DNA of 64,000 nucleotides from an uncultured Actinomycetes bacterium (lineage in GTDB: Bacteria; Actinomycetota; UBA4738; JBBDTT01): positions 1,312,001 to 1,376,000 of the forward strand of contig CAVUMN010000004.1 of NCBI GenBank assembly GCA_963742735.1, written 5' to 3'. Positions within the stretch are counted from its first letter, which is position 1; each line of letters opens with the position of its first letter. Positions 40,441 to 50,928 of this stretch are shown one piece after another. The notes below the pieces were generated by a model that worked only from the letters and a program-made list of their open reading frames with translations, searched no databases and had not been told where the DNA came from. A program made the position numbers and the translations under genes.

Positions 40441-43400
40441 GTGAAACGGTGTCCGAACTGCGGCGAGGAGAATCCGGCCCGGGCCCGCTTCTGCCTCCAG
40501 TGTGCGTCGCCGCTCGCCGAGGAGAACCCCGCCCCGGCGGGCGACGTCCGCAAGGTCGTGACGGTGGTGTTCGCCGATGTGACCGGCTCGACGGCCCTGG
40601 GCGAGAAGCTGGACCCAGAGACCCTCCGCCGCGTGATGGGCCGCTTCTTCGACGAGATGGCCGCCGTGATCGAGCGCCACGGTGGCACCGTCGAGAAGTT
40701 CATCGGCGACGCGGTGATGGCCGTGTTCGGCATCCCGCAGCTCCACGAGGACGACGCGCTCCGCGCGGTTCGAGCCGCGGACGAGATGCGTGGCGCGCTG
40801 ACGGGGCTGAACGTCGACCTGGAGCGCGAGCACGGGACGGGGCTGGCGGCCCGGATCGGCGTGAACACGGGCGAGGTCGTGGCCGGCGACCCCTCGGCCG
40901 GGCAGCGCCTGGTCACGGGTGACGCCGTCAACGTGGCGGCCCGCCTGGAGCAGGCGGCCGAGCGCCGGGCGAGATCCTCCTCGGAGAGTCCGACCCACCG
41001 GCTCGTCAAGGACGCCGTGGGAGTCGAGCCCGTCGACCCCCTCGACCTCAAGGGGAAGGAGCGACCCGGTACCCGCCGTCCGGTTGTTGACGGTGTACGC
41101 CGACACGGCGGGACACGAACGACACCTGGACTCGCCGATGGTCGGCCGGGGCAAGGAGCTCGATCTGCTCGAGCGGGCTCTCGAGCGGGCCGTCACGGAT
41201 CGCACCTCGCAGCTGTTCACCGTCATGGGCCCGGCCGGCGTCGGCAAGTCCCGGCTCGTCGCGGAGTTCCTGCGCGGATCGGCGGGCTCCGCGACGATCC
41301 TGCGCGGCCGGTGCTTGTCCTATGGCGAGGGCATCACGTTCTACCCACTGGCCGAGGTGATCCACCAGGCGGCCGGGATCGCCGAGGAGGACACCGCCGC
41401 CGCGGCCCGGGACCGGCTCGATGTGCTGCTCGCCGGCGCGCCGGATGGCGACCGGATCGCGGGCCTCGTGGCCGGGCTGTTCGGGTGGGCGGAGCCCGGC
41501 GCCACCGAGGACGCATTCTGGGGAGTGCGGAAGCTTCTCGAGCATGTCGCCGCCGAGCGGCCGCTGGTGGTCGTCTTCGACGACATCCACTGGGCCGAGC
41601 CGACGTTCCTGGATCTGATCGAGCACCTCGCCGACTGGACGCGGGATGCCGCGGTGCTGCTGGTGTGCATCGCCCGGCAGGAGCTGCTCGAGGTCCGCCC
41701 CGGCTGGGGCGGCGGGAAGATGAACGCGACGTCCATCCTCCTCGAGCCGCTCCCGGGCGACGAGGCGTCCCAGCTGGTGGACAACCTGCTGGGGCGCGCC
41801 GAGATCCCCGAAGCGGCGCGGGCGCGGATCCTCGAGGCCGCCGAGGGCAACCCCCTGTTCGTCGAGGAGATGCTGGCGATGCTCATCGACGACGGGCTGC
41901 TCCGGTTCGAGGAGGGGGCGTGGCGATCCGTCGAGGACCTGGAGAACGTGACCGTCCCGCCGACGATCCACCTCCTGCTCGCGGCACGCCTCGATCGCCT
42001 GGATTCCGAGGAACGAGCCGTGATCGAGCGGGGAGCCGTGGAGGGCAAGGTCTTCCACGCGGGCGCCGTGACCACGCTCAGCTCCGAGGGCGCCCGGCCA
42101 AACGTTCGGTCGCGGCTCCTGGCGCTGGCCCGCAAGGAGCTGATCCGGCCGGACCGGCCCGAGTTCGCCGGCGAGGACGCGTTCCGCTTCCGGCACCTGC
42201 TGATCCGCGACGCCGCCTACCAGGCGATGCCGAAGGAGCAGCGTGCCAACCTCCACGAGCGGTTCGCGGAGTGGCTCACCGGCGCCGCCGGCGAGCGGCT
42301 CGCCGAATACGAGGAGATCCTCGGTCATCACCTCGAGCAGGCGTACCGGTACCGGGCCGAGCTCGGGGCTGTCGACGAGGGCACGCGCGAGCTCGCTCGC
42401 CGAGCCAGCGAGCATCTGCATGCCTGTGGCCTCAGGGCGGCCGAGCGTGACGACCAACCCTCGGCCCTCGCCTTCCTGGAGCGTGCGGCGGACCTCGTGG
42501 AGGGAGAAGGACGCGCCCGCGCGCTGGTCCTGCTCAGCGAGGTGCTCGACGACCTTCTCGACTTCCGACGTGCGAAGGAGGCGGCGGAGGCCGCGACTGG
42601 GGCGGCCGAGGCGATCGACGATCGCCGGCTCGCCCTTCGCGCCGCTCTGGTTCGCATCAACGCGATGGGCCAGCTCGATCCCACCTTCACGGTGGCCCGC
42701 GCACTGCGTGAGGCGGAGGCGGCCCGTGCCGAGCTGGACTCGCTCGGGGACGAGGAGGGCCGGGATCGCGCGCTCATCCTGGAGGCGCGGCTCTGGTTCT
42801 TCCTCGGACGGTCCGCGCGATCGCTGGAGATGGCAACCGGCCTGCTCGAGCGCGGCCGCATCCCGCCGCGGTCTCGACGGGCGCTGGTGAACGAGGCCTC
42901 CGGCGCGCTGTACTTCGGCCCCCAGCCGGTCGAGGAGGCCTTCGAGGCGCTCGAGCGCGCCGCAGCGAACGTCGGCCCGAGCGTCGGGGCCGAGGCCCGG
43001 ATCCAGAAGACGATGTGCGGGTTGCTCGGGATGGCCGGCCGCTTCGACGAGGCTCGAGCAGCAGCACGTCGCTCGAGCGAGCTCTTCGCCGAGCTCGGGA
43101 CCCCGATGCGAGATGTCCTGTCGAACCAGATCGTGGCGGAGACCGAACGGCTCGCCGGCGAGTTCGAGGCCGCGGAGCGAATCTTCCGCGCGTCCCACGA
43201 GGCCTTCGAGACGATCGGGGAGACCGGATTCAACTCGACGGTTTGCGGCCGCCTGGCCGAGGTCCTGTGCGACCTGGAGCGCTACGACGAGGCCGACGAG
43301 TTCGCGGAGCGCAGCCGCACCATGGCGGCCGAGGACGACTTCGCGTCCCAGGCGGTGTGGCGCCAGGCTCGCGCGCTCGTGCTCGCGCACCGCGGCGACC

Positions 43401-43630
43401 ACGACGGCGCGCTGGCCCTCGCGGACGAGTCGGTCGCCATCAACGAGACGACCGACTACGTGGCCTGGCAGGGGGATGCCCTGGAGGCGAGGGGGCGCGT
43501 CCTCGCGGCGGCGGGGCGGCTCGACGAGGCGCGACGGACCTATGGGGACGCGCTGGATCGTTACGACCGCAAGGGGGTCCTTCCCTCGATCGAACGGCTC
43601 CGCAACCGGATCGCCGCGCTGGACGCCTAG
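40441..43630 (+). CDS. Class III adenylate/guanylate cyclase with zinc ribbon, AAA/STAND ATPase and TPR-like repeats; frameshifted about 40960-41070
   Basis: CPNC...CLQC; VFADVTGST, EKFIGDAVMAVFG, GDAVNVAARL; GPAGVGKSRL, FDDIHWA, GNPLFVEE, FRHLLIRD. Confidence 0.88.
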
Positions 43631-43917
43631 GCGGTCCAGTCCAGGAGGACGTCCCCGAGCCAGGCCACCAGCAGCCAGACGCCCAGGAACGCGAACGGTG
43701 TCATCAGGACTAGGGCCGGGCGTGCCCGGCCGCGGATGGCTACCGCCACGGCCACGATCCACAGGAGGGCCACGACCGCGACGCCGTAGACCGGCATGAT
43801 CAATCCGCTGACGACCACCAGCGCCCCGCCGGCCAGCAGCAGGAGGAACCCCAGGACCACGGCGATGCGTTCGATCCCAGACGGCTCGTTCGTCTCCGTG
43901 TGCCCTTCCTCCCTCAC
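43627..43917 (-). CDS. Small 3-TM membrane protein
   Basis: Hydrophobic C-terminal part of ORF 43627-44715; GTGA overlap with the GNAT gene. Confidence 0.65.
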   Translation of the reverse strand: MREEGHTETNEPSGIERIAVVLGFLLLLAGGALVVVSGLIMPVYGVAVVALLWIVAVAVAIRGRARPALVLMTPFAFLGVWLLVAWLGDVLLDWTA

Positions 43918-44849
43918 GGCTCGAGCCGCTTCTCGTAGAAGTCGAACCGGAACTTCGAGCGCATCCCGACGCGCTCGTACAGCCGCGTGGCGCCGGTGGT
44001 GTTCTCCGAGTCGACCGACAGGACGGCTTCCGGCGCGCCCCTGGAGGCGAACCGCGCGAAGGAGGTCCGGAGCAGGGCGGCGCCCAGCCCACGGCCTCGC
44101 CAGGCCGGCCGTACGCCGAGCTCGGCGATCCAGCCTCGGTCGCCGGTCATGCGGGCGGCGAGCACCCCCGCGACCGTGCCGTCGTCCTCCGCGATCACCC
44201 ACAGGCTGGGGTCGAACTCCGCGCCCCTCAGGAAGTCCTGCGACCACTCCTCGAACGGCGCCACCGGCGTTCCCCAGTGGTCCACGAACGCCTCCACGAG
44301 CGCGGCGTGCGCGGCGTGTCCGTCCACGGCCGGATGGAAGGCCCGAAGCCGGATGCCGTGCGGCGGCTCGGGCTCGGACTCGTCCCCCGTGAGGTCGATG
44401 GCCATCCGCCAGAAGTAGCGAACCGGCGCCAGGCCCGCCTCCCGAAGCAGGGCCGCCCCCTCGCGCTCGGACTCGTAGATCGCGACGCGAAGGGTGCGCT
44501 CGCCCCCGGCCTCGGCCAGCCGCTCGCGCGCGCGGGCCTCGATGCGCCCGAGGAGGTAGCCGTACAGGTGGGCGTGGTCGGGATGCGGCGCGGCCCAGCC
44601 GACGACCTTCGCCCCAGGCTCGGACTCCCACACGTACGCGTACCCGGCCACGGTCCCGTCGGGGCCGATCACCAGCACGGGGTCCGTCTCCAGCTCGAAC
44701 CGCGGCCGCCCCCACTCGTCGGCGAGGTCCTCCTCGTGGTAGTCGACCTCGCCGATGAGGGAGCGGTCGGACGCCGCCATCACCTCCACGATCGCGCCGC
44801 GATCGCCGGTGGTGACCGGCCGGGTGGTGTAGCCGTCGGGCAGGTTCAC
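43914..44849 (-). CDS. Tandem-domain GNAT acetyltransferase
   Basis: LGVRPAWRGRGLGAALL, LSVDSENTTGATRLYERVGM; GTGA overlap. Confidence 0.85.
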   Translation of the reverse strand: MNLPDGYTTRPVTTGDRGAIVEVMAASDRSLIGEVDYHEEDLADEWGRPRFELETDPVLVIGPDGTVAGYAYVWESEPGAKVVGWAAPHPDHAHLYGYLLGRIEARARERLAEAGGERTLRVAIYESEREGAALLREAGLAPVRYFWRMAIDLTGDESEPEPPHGIRLRAFHPAVDGHAAHAALVEAFVDHWGTPVAPFEEWSQDFLRGAEFDPSLWVIAEDDGTVAGVLAARMTGDRGWIAELGVRPAWRGRGLGAALLRTSFARFASRGAPEAVLSVDSENTTGATRLYERVGMRSKFRFDFYEKRLEP

Positions 44850-45544
44850 GAAGGCTTCACCCCCACATACAGGCCACGTCCCATGAGTCCGTCGGGGTGG
44901 TGACGGACCTCGAGTCCGGCGCGCTCCATCGCGTCGACGTACTGCTCGGGGGTGAACAGGCCCAACTCGTGACGCTCGGTAAACCGCTCGACGGACTCGG
45001 GCGTCCCGACCAGATAGTGGAATTCCAGCACGCACTCGCCGCGCGGGCCTGCGTTGTTCACCCGTGCGATCTTCAGGTCGGGTTGGTCGACGAACGTTGC
45101 GTACACGCCGTCGTACAGGTAGTCGTCGAGGTAGATCCAAGGTTCCACGATCACCACGCCACCGGCCGAGGCGTGGCGGACGAGGTTCGCGGCGGCCGCG
45201 TTCAGCTGATCGGTTGTGCGCATGTAGCCGATCGAGGAGAAGAGGCACGTCACCGCGTCGAACGTGCGTCCGAGGTCGAAGTCGAGCATGTCCCCCGCAT
45301 GCAGTGGCACGCCCGGGAGGCGTTCGGAGGCGATGGTAAGCAACTCCGTGTCGAGGTCGACGCCGGCCGTCTCGTAGCGGCCTTTGAGGTGTTCGAGGTG
45401 CTTGCCGGTCCCGCAGGCGACGTCAAGCAGTGTGACTGCTCCCGGGTTTGCCTCCTGTATCAGCGCGTGCACCCGTTCCGCCTCGGCGGCGTAGTCCTTA
45501 CTCCCGTAGATCGCGTCGTAGAAGCGCGCGGACTTCGTGAACAT
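44846..45544 (-). CDS. Class I SAM-dependent methyltransferase (TylM1/DesVI-like)
   Basis: LLDVACGTGKH, GDMLDFDLGRTFDAVTCLFSSIGY, VEPW. Confidence 0.85.
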   Translation of the reverse strand: MFTKSARFYDAIYGSKDYAAEAERVHALIQEANPGAVTLLDVACGTGKHLEHLKGRYETAGVDLDTELLTIASERLPGVPLHAGDMLDFDLGRTFDAVTCLFSSIGYMRTTDQLNAAAANLVRHASAGGVVIVEPWIYLDDYLYDGVYATFVDQPDLKIARVNNAGPRGECVLEFHYLVGTPESVERFTERHELGLFTPEQYVDAMERAGLEVRHHPDGLMGRGLYVGVKPS

Positions 45545-45569
45545 GACCGCATCCTAGAATCGAGAGGCG

Positions 45570-46424
45570 ATGGGCGACGTGCGGGAGGTGCCGGCCGAGG
45601 CGATCGCCGGCGCCGTCCGCGAGCTGTGCATGGAGATCTGCTACACGGTTCCCGAGGAGATGGTCGAGCTCATGCGCCGCGCCCGGGAGCGCGAGGAGTC
45701 CCCGCTGGGGCGGCAGATCCTCGACCAACTCCTGGAGAACCAGTCGGTCGCCGCGGAGGGCGAGTTCCCGTACTGCCAGGACACCGGGTACACGGTGGTC
45801 TTCCTCGACCTCGGGCAGGACGTCCACGTCACCGGCGGCGACCTGTACGAGGCGATCGACGGGGGTGTGGCCGAGGGGTATCGCGACGGATACCTCCGCG
45901 GCTCGATCGTTCGCGACCCCCTGTTCGAGCGGCGCAACACCGGCGACAACACGCCGGCGTTCGTCCACACCCGGATCGTCCCCGGCGACGGGGTCCGCAT
46001 CCAGGTCGACGCGAAGGGCGCGGGCTCGGAGAACATGGGCCGCCACGCGATGCTCAAGCCGAGTGACGGTCTGGAGGGCGTCGTGGCGTTCGTGCTGCAG
46101 GCGGTCCGGGATGCCGGGCCGAACGCGTGCCCGCCGGGGATCATCGGGGTCGGCATCGGCGGGAACTTCGAGACGAGCGCCGTCATCGCGAAGCGCTCGC
46201 TGATGCGCAAGGTCGGACAGCCCAACCCCGACCCTCGGATCGCCGAGCTGGAGGCGCGGCTGTACGAGCAGTGCAACGCGCTCGGCCTCGGCCCCGAGGC
46301 GCTGGGCGGCACGCAGACGGTCCTCGCCGTGCACGTCGAGACCGCGCCGACCCACATCGCCTCGCTCCCGGTGGCCGTGAACATCGAATGCCACGCACAC
46401 CGCACCGGCGTGCGGGTCATCTGA
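45570..46424 (+). CDS. Fe-S fumarate hydratase alpha subunit
   Basis: CQDTG, NTGDNTP, KGAGSEN, NACPP, GLGPEALGG, HIASLPVAVNIECHAHR. Confidence 0.92.
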   Translation: MGDVREVPAEAIAGAVRELCMEICYTVPEEMVELMRRAREREESPLGRQILDQLLENQSVAAEGEFPYCQDTGYTVVFLDLGQDVHVTGGDLYEAIDGGVAEGYRDGYLRGSIVRDPLFERRNTGDNTPAFVHTRIVPGDGVRIQVDAKGAGSENMGRHAMLKPSDGLEGVVAFVLQAVRDAGPNACPPGIIGVGIGGNFETSAVIAKRSLMRKVGQPNPDPRIAELEARLYEQCNALGLGPEALGGTQTVLAVHVETAPTHIASLPVAVNIECHAHRTGVRVI

Positions 46425-47038
46425 TGCCGGTCGACCGCCTCGAGGACGGCCGGGTCCGCGTGCAGGCGCCGTTGTCCGACCAGGACGTGCGAGAGCTCCA
46501 CGCCGGTGACGTCGCGCTGCTCTCCGGCGTGGTGTACGCGGCGCGGGACGCGGCCCACAAGCGGATGCTCGAGGACCTCGAGGCCGGCCGCGGGCTGCCG
46601 TTCGATCCGGCGGGACAGATCCTCTATTACGTCGGCCCCACCCCGGAGCGCCCGGGCAACGTCATCGGCTCGGCCGGCCCCACGACGGCCTCGCGGATGG
46701 ATCGCTACACCCCGGCGTTGCTCGACCACGGCCTGAAGGCGATCGTCGGCAAGGGCGGGCGCGGGCCGGCGGTGGCCGAGTCGCTCCGTACGCACGTGGC
46801 GGTCTACCTGGCCGCGCTGGGCGGCGGCGGGGCACTCGCCGCGCGGCGCGTCGTCGGCCAGCGGGTGATCGCCTACGAAGACCTGGCGACGGAGTCGATC
46901 CGGGAGATCGAGCTCGACGATCTGCCCGCCTGGGTCGTGAACGACGCGGATGGGGGAGACTTCTACGCGCACGCGGCCCGGCCGTGGCGCCGCGACGACC
47001 TGCTGCCCGAAGCGCTCCGCCTCCCGGAAGGGGACTGA
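46424..47038 (+). CDS. Fe-S fumarate hydratase beta subunit
   Basis: ARDAAHKR, YYVGP, GPTTASRMD, VGKG; TGATG overlap. Confidence 0.92.
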   Translation: MPVDRLEDGRVRVQAPLSDQDVRELHAGDVALLSGVVYAARDAAHKRMLEDLEAGRGLPFDPAGQILYYVGPTPERPGNVIGSAGPTTASRMDRYTPALLDHGLKAIVGKGGRGPAVAESLRTHVAVYLAALGGGGALAARRVVGQRVIAYEDLATESIREIELDDLPAWVVNDADGGDFYAHAARPWRRDDLLPEALRLPEGD

Positions 47039-47274
47039 TGGCCCGAAAGAAGCGCCGCGACGACGACCACGAGCACCACGACCACGAGCGCCACGATCAC
47101 CAGCACGACCACGAGAAGCGCGATCGCGGCTCCTACGGCGCGTACATCACCAACTGGAACGAGTACGCCGCGCCCACCGGAAAGAAGCTGGCCCTCGCGG
47201 CCCGGAACCTGTTCATCAGCCGCTGGCACCATCGGCTGCTCTGTTGCGGGCATCCGGGCCAACCCGGCTGTTGA
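47038..47274 (+). CDS. His-rich 78-aa protein with C-terminal CCGHPGQPGC
   Basis: TGATG overlap with fumarase beta; GC-biased codons; DDDHEHHDHERHDHQHDHE tract. Confidence 0.75.
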   Translation: MARKKRRDDDHEHHDHERHDHQHDHEKRDRGSYGAYITNWNEYAAPTGKKLALAARNLFISRWHHRLLCCGHPGQPGC

Positions 47275-47318
47275 CAGACGGTCGTTGAGGAGCCCGGTCG
47301 GGCTCCGGAGGAAGACGA

Positions 47319-48383
47319 CTAGCTTCGAAGGCGGCGCGCCAGGTCCTCGGCGACATCCATGGTTCCCGCCGTCCCACCCATGTCCCGGGTGAGAACCGAA
47401 CCCGCCTCCAGGAGGTCGCGGACGGCACGCTCGATGCGCGCCGCGGCCGTGGGCTGGCGGAGGTGACTCAGCATCATCGCCGCCGACAGGATCATCGCGA
47501 TCGGGTTTGCCACGCCCTTCCCCGCGATGTCCGGCGCGCTCCCGTGGACCGGCTCGAACACCGCGTACTCCCACCCGAGGTTGGCGCCTGAGGCCAGTCC
47601 CAGCCCGCCGACCAGGCCCGCGCACAGGTCGCTGATGATGTCGCCGTACAGGTTCGGCAGGAGCAGCACGTCCATCTCTTCCGGCTGCCAGGCGAGGCGC
47701 ATGGCGAGCTCGTCCACCTGCAGCTCCTCGAAGCTGACCTCCGGGTGGAACACCGCCTCGCCGGCCGACGCGAACAAGAACACGCCGTCGGAGAACTTCA
47801 TGATGTTGGCCTTGTGTCCGACGGTGATCCTGGCGCGGCCGTGCCGGCGCACGTAGTCGAACGCGAACCGAACGATCCGCCGCGTCCCGCTCACCGAGAT
47901 CGGCTTGATCGTCACCCCGACGTCCTCCGCGAGCTCGTAGTCCGTGAGCTCGCGGATCTTCTCGCGCAGCCGCTGCATCGATTCGCTGCCCATCTCGAAC
48001 TCGATCCCGGCATAGAGGTCCTCGGTGTTCTCGCGGATGACGACGATGTCCACGTGCGGATGGCGCGTCTCGAGGCCGGGCCAGGTGACCGAGGGCCGGA
48101 CCGCCGCGAACAGATCGAGCTCCTGGCGCAGGGCCACGTTCACGCTTCGGAACCCCGTCCCCACCGGCGTGGTGATCGGCCCCTTGAGCGCGGTGCGCGA
48201 CGCGCGGATGGAGTCCAGGACCCGCTCGGGCAGCGGCGTGCCCTCGGCCTCCATGACCTCGGCGCCGGCGCGCTGCACGTCCCAGTCGAACTCGACGCCG
48301 GTCGCCTCGAGCACGCGCCGAGTCGCCTCGCTGACCTCGGGGCCGATCCCGTCGCCGGGGATGAGGGTTACGCGATGGGCCAC
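47319..48383 (-). CDS. Second isocitrate dehydrogenase paralogue, predicted NAD-type
   Basis: [46 protein letters not shown]. Confidence 0.85.
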   Translation of the reverse strand: MAHRVTLIPGDGIGPEVSEATRRVLEATGVEFDWDVQRAGAEVMEAEGTPLPERVLDSIRASRTALKGPITTPVGTGFRSVNVALRQELDLFAAVRPSVTWPGLETRHPHVDIVVIRENTEDLYAGIEFEMGSESMQRLREKIRELTDYELAEDVGVTIKPISVSGTRRIVRFAFDYVRRHGRARITVGHKANIMKFSDGVFLFASAGEAVFHPEVSFEELQVDELAMRLAWQPEEMDVLLLPNLYGDIISDLCAGLVGGLGLASGANLGWEYAVFEPVHGSAPDIAGKGVANPIAMILSAAMMLSHLRQPTAAARIERAVRDLLEAGSVLTRDMGGTAGTMDVAEDLARRLRS

Positions 48384-48387
48384 GCGC

Positions 48388-49179
48388 TCAGAGGTCGAAC
48401 ATGACCGAGCGCTTGACCTCCTGGATGGCCTTCGTGACCTTGATGCCGCGCGGGCAGGCCTCGGTGCAGTTGAACGTGGTCCGGCACCGGAAGACACCGG
48501 ACTTCTTGCCGAGGATCGCCAGGCGCTCCTTCGCGCCGCGGTCCCGCGAGTCGTAGATGAACCGGTGGGCGTTCACGATCGCCGCCGGCCCGATGTACTG
48601 CCCGTCGCCCCAGAAGATCGGGCACGACGTGGTGCAGGCCGCACACAGGATGCACTTCGTGGTGTCCTCGAATCGCTCGCGCTCATGCGGCGACTGGAGG
48701 CGTTCGCGTCCGTCCGGGGCTGGCTCGTCGTTGATCAGGAACGGGAGCACGGCCTTGTAGCCGTCGAAGAACGGCTCCATGTCGACGATGAGGTCCTTCA
48801 GCACGGGGAGCCCCCGGATCGGCTCGATCGTCACCTTCGGCGCCACGTCCTTGACCAGGACCTTGCACGCCAGCGCGTTCTTGCCGTTGATGAGCATGGC
48901 GTCGGACCCACAGATCCCGTGGGCGCACGAGCGGCGCAGGGCCAGCGTGCCGTCGAAGTGCCACTTCACCTCGTGAAGCGCGTCGAGCAGGCGGTCGAGG
49001 GGGTCCACCTCGACGACGTGCTCGCTCCACCACGGATCGGGCTGGACCTCGGGGTTGAAGCGCTTGATCTTGACCAGCAGCTCGATCTTGTCGTGCGCGC
49101 TCGTCGCGGCGAGGGGCTGCTCGCCCGCGGGTTCGCGCGGCGCGCCCTCGCGGACCTGGACCTGCGGATCCTCGGCCAT
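48388..49179 (-). CDS. sdhB: Succinate dehydrogenase iron-sulfur subunit
   Basis: SCAHGICGSD, CILCAACTTSCP, CRTTFNCTEACP. Confidence 0.96.
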   Translation of the reverse strand: MAEDPQVQVREGAPREPAGEQPLAATSAHDKIELLVKIKRFNPEVQPDPWWSEHVVEVDPLDRLLDALHEVKWHFDGTLALRRSCAHGICGSDAMLINGKNALACKVLVKDVAPKVTIEPIRGLPVLKDLIVDMEPFFDGYKAVLPFLINDEPAPDGRERLQSPHERERFEDTTKCILCAACTTSCPIFWGDGQYIGPAAIVNAHRFIYDSRDRGAKERLAILGKKSGVFRCRTTFNCTEACPRGIKVTKAIQEVKRSVMFDL

Positions 49180-50918
49180 CAGTATTTCCGTTCCATCGGG
49201 ATGTAGGGGCCCATCTTCACCGGCTTGTACTCCAGCCGCACCGAGCCGTCCTCCTCGCGGTACGCCAGCGAGTGCTTGAGCCAGTTCGCGTCGTCGCGCA
49301 GCGGGTGGTCCTCGCGGTAGTGGCCGCCCCGGCTCTCGTCGCGAGCGAGCGCGGCGGCGACCAGGGTGTCGGCGCAGTCGAGCAGGAACCCGAGCTCCAC
49401 CGTCTCCATCACGTCGGTGTTGTACACGCGGCCCTTGTCCATGACCACGACGCGGTCGTAGCGCTCGCGGAGGCCCTTCAGGATGCCCTGCATCTTGCGC
49501 AGGCCCTCCTCGGTGCGGACCACGCCGGCGAGGTCGAACATCTCCTCCTGCAGCTCGGCCCGGATGTCGGCGGCGTTCGCGGTGCCCGTGTCGTACAGCA
49601 GCCGGTGCAGCTGATCGGCCACCGGCTTCTCGGGCTCCGGGCCGGTGTCCGCCAGGCTGGCCGATGCCGCGTACTCCGCCATGTGCGACCCGCCGCGGCG
49701 GCCGAACACCAGGATGTCCAGCAGCGAGTTGGTCCCCAGGCGGTTCGCGCCGTGGACGCTGACACACGCGCACTCTCCGGCCGCGTAGAGCCCCGGGACC
49801 GGGGTCTCCTCGGGACCGACGACGACCTGGCCGTCGACGTTCGTGGGGATGCCCCCCATGGCGTAGTGGGCGGTGGGCTGGATGGGAACCGGCTCGGTGA
49901 GCGGCTCGACGCCCAGGTAGATCCGGGCGAACTCGGTCACGTCCGGGATCTTCGTCTCGATCACCTCGGGGTCCAGGTGGCGGACGTCCAGGAAGACGTA
50001 GTCCTTCCCCTCGATCCCGCGGCCCTCCTTGATCTCCTGGTAGATCGCCCGGGAGACCATGTCTCGCGGCGCGAGGTCCTTGATCGTCGGCGCGTAGCGC
50101 TCCATGAACCGCTCGCCCTCCGAGTTGATCAGGATCCCTCCCTCGCCCCGGACGGCCTCGGAGATCAGGATCCCCATCTTGTAGATGCCCGTGGGGTGAA
50201 TCTGGAACATCTCCATGTCCTCGAGGGGGATGCCGCGCCGGTAGGCGACCGCGGGGCCGTCGCCGGTCAGGGCGTGGGCGTTCGAGGAGACCTTGAAGAT
50301 CCGCCCGAACCCGCCCGTGGCGAACAGCGCCGCCTTCGACCGGAACACATGGAGCTCGCCGTTCGCCAGCTCGTACGCGACGACGCCCGCGTGCCGGCCG
50401 TCTTCGTCGCGGAGCAGGTCCAGCACGTAGAACTCGTTGAAGAACCGGACGTTCCGCTTGATGCACTGCTGGTACAGCGTCTGCAGGATCATGTGGCCGG
50501 TGCGGTCCGCCGAGTAGCAGGCGCGCCGGACGGGGGCCTCGCCGTGGTTGCGGGTGTGCCCCCCGAACCGACGCTGGTCGATCCGCCCGTCGGGGGTGCG
50601 GTTGAACGGCAGCCCCCAGCGCTCGAGCTCGATCACCGCGTCGACGGCCTCGCGGCACATGATCTCGGCGGCGGGCTGGTCCACCAGGTAGTCGCCGCCC
50701 TTCACGGTGTCGAACGTGTGCCACTCGGGGTTGTCCTCCTCGACGTTGCCGAGGGCCGCGCACATGCCCCCCTGCGCCGCTCCGGTGTGCGAGCGGGTCG
50801 GGTAGAGCTTCGAGATCACCGCGACGTCGAGCCCCGCGTCGGCCGCCTCGATCGCGGCGCGCAGGCCGGCTCCGCCGGCGCCCACGATCAGCGCGTCGTA
50901 CGAGTGGGTGCTCGTCAT
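49179..50918 (-). CDS. sdhA: Succinate dehydrogenase flavoprotein subunit
   Basis: GAGGAG, RSHTGAAQGG, HPTG, HYAMGG, HGANRLG, ESRGGH. Confidence 0.97.
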   Translation of the reverse strand: MTSTHSYDALIVGAGGAGLRAAIEAADAGLDVAVISKLYPTRSHTGAAQGGMCAALGNVEEDNPEWHTFDTVKGGDYLVDQPAAEIMCREAVDAVIELERWGLPFNRTPDGRIDQRRFGGHTRNHGEAPVRRACYSADRTGHMILQTLYQQCIKRNVRFFNEFYVLDLLRDEDGRHAGVVAYELANGELHVFRSKAALFATGGFGRIFKVSSNAHALTGDGPAVAYRRGIPLEDMEMFQIHPTGIYKMGILISEAVRGEGGILINSEGERFMERYAPTIKDLAPRDMVSRAIYQEIKEGRGIEGKDYVFLDVRHLDPEVIETKIPDVTEFARIYLGVEPLTEPVPIQPTAHYAMGGIPTNVDGQVVVGPEETPVPGLYAAGECACVSVHGANRLGTNSLLDILVFGRRGGSHMAEYAASASLADTGPEPEKPVADQLHRLLYDTGTANAADIRAELQEEMFDLAGVVRTEEGLRKMQGILKGLRERYDRVVVMDKGRVYNTDVMETVELGFLLDCADTLVAAALARDESRGGHYREDHPLRDDANWLKHSLAYREEDGSVRLEYKPVKMGPYIPMERKY

Positions 50919-50928
50919 GTCGGCGAGC

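Noticed and set aside
40441-43630. Cyclase-ATPase-TPR protein as an anti-phage system
   Set aside because: This architecture is common in actinobacterial signalling, and no effector or defence genes are adjacent.
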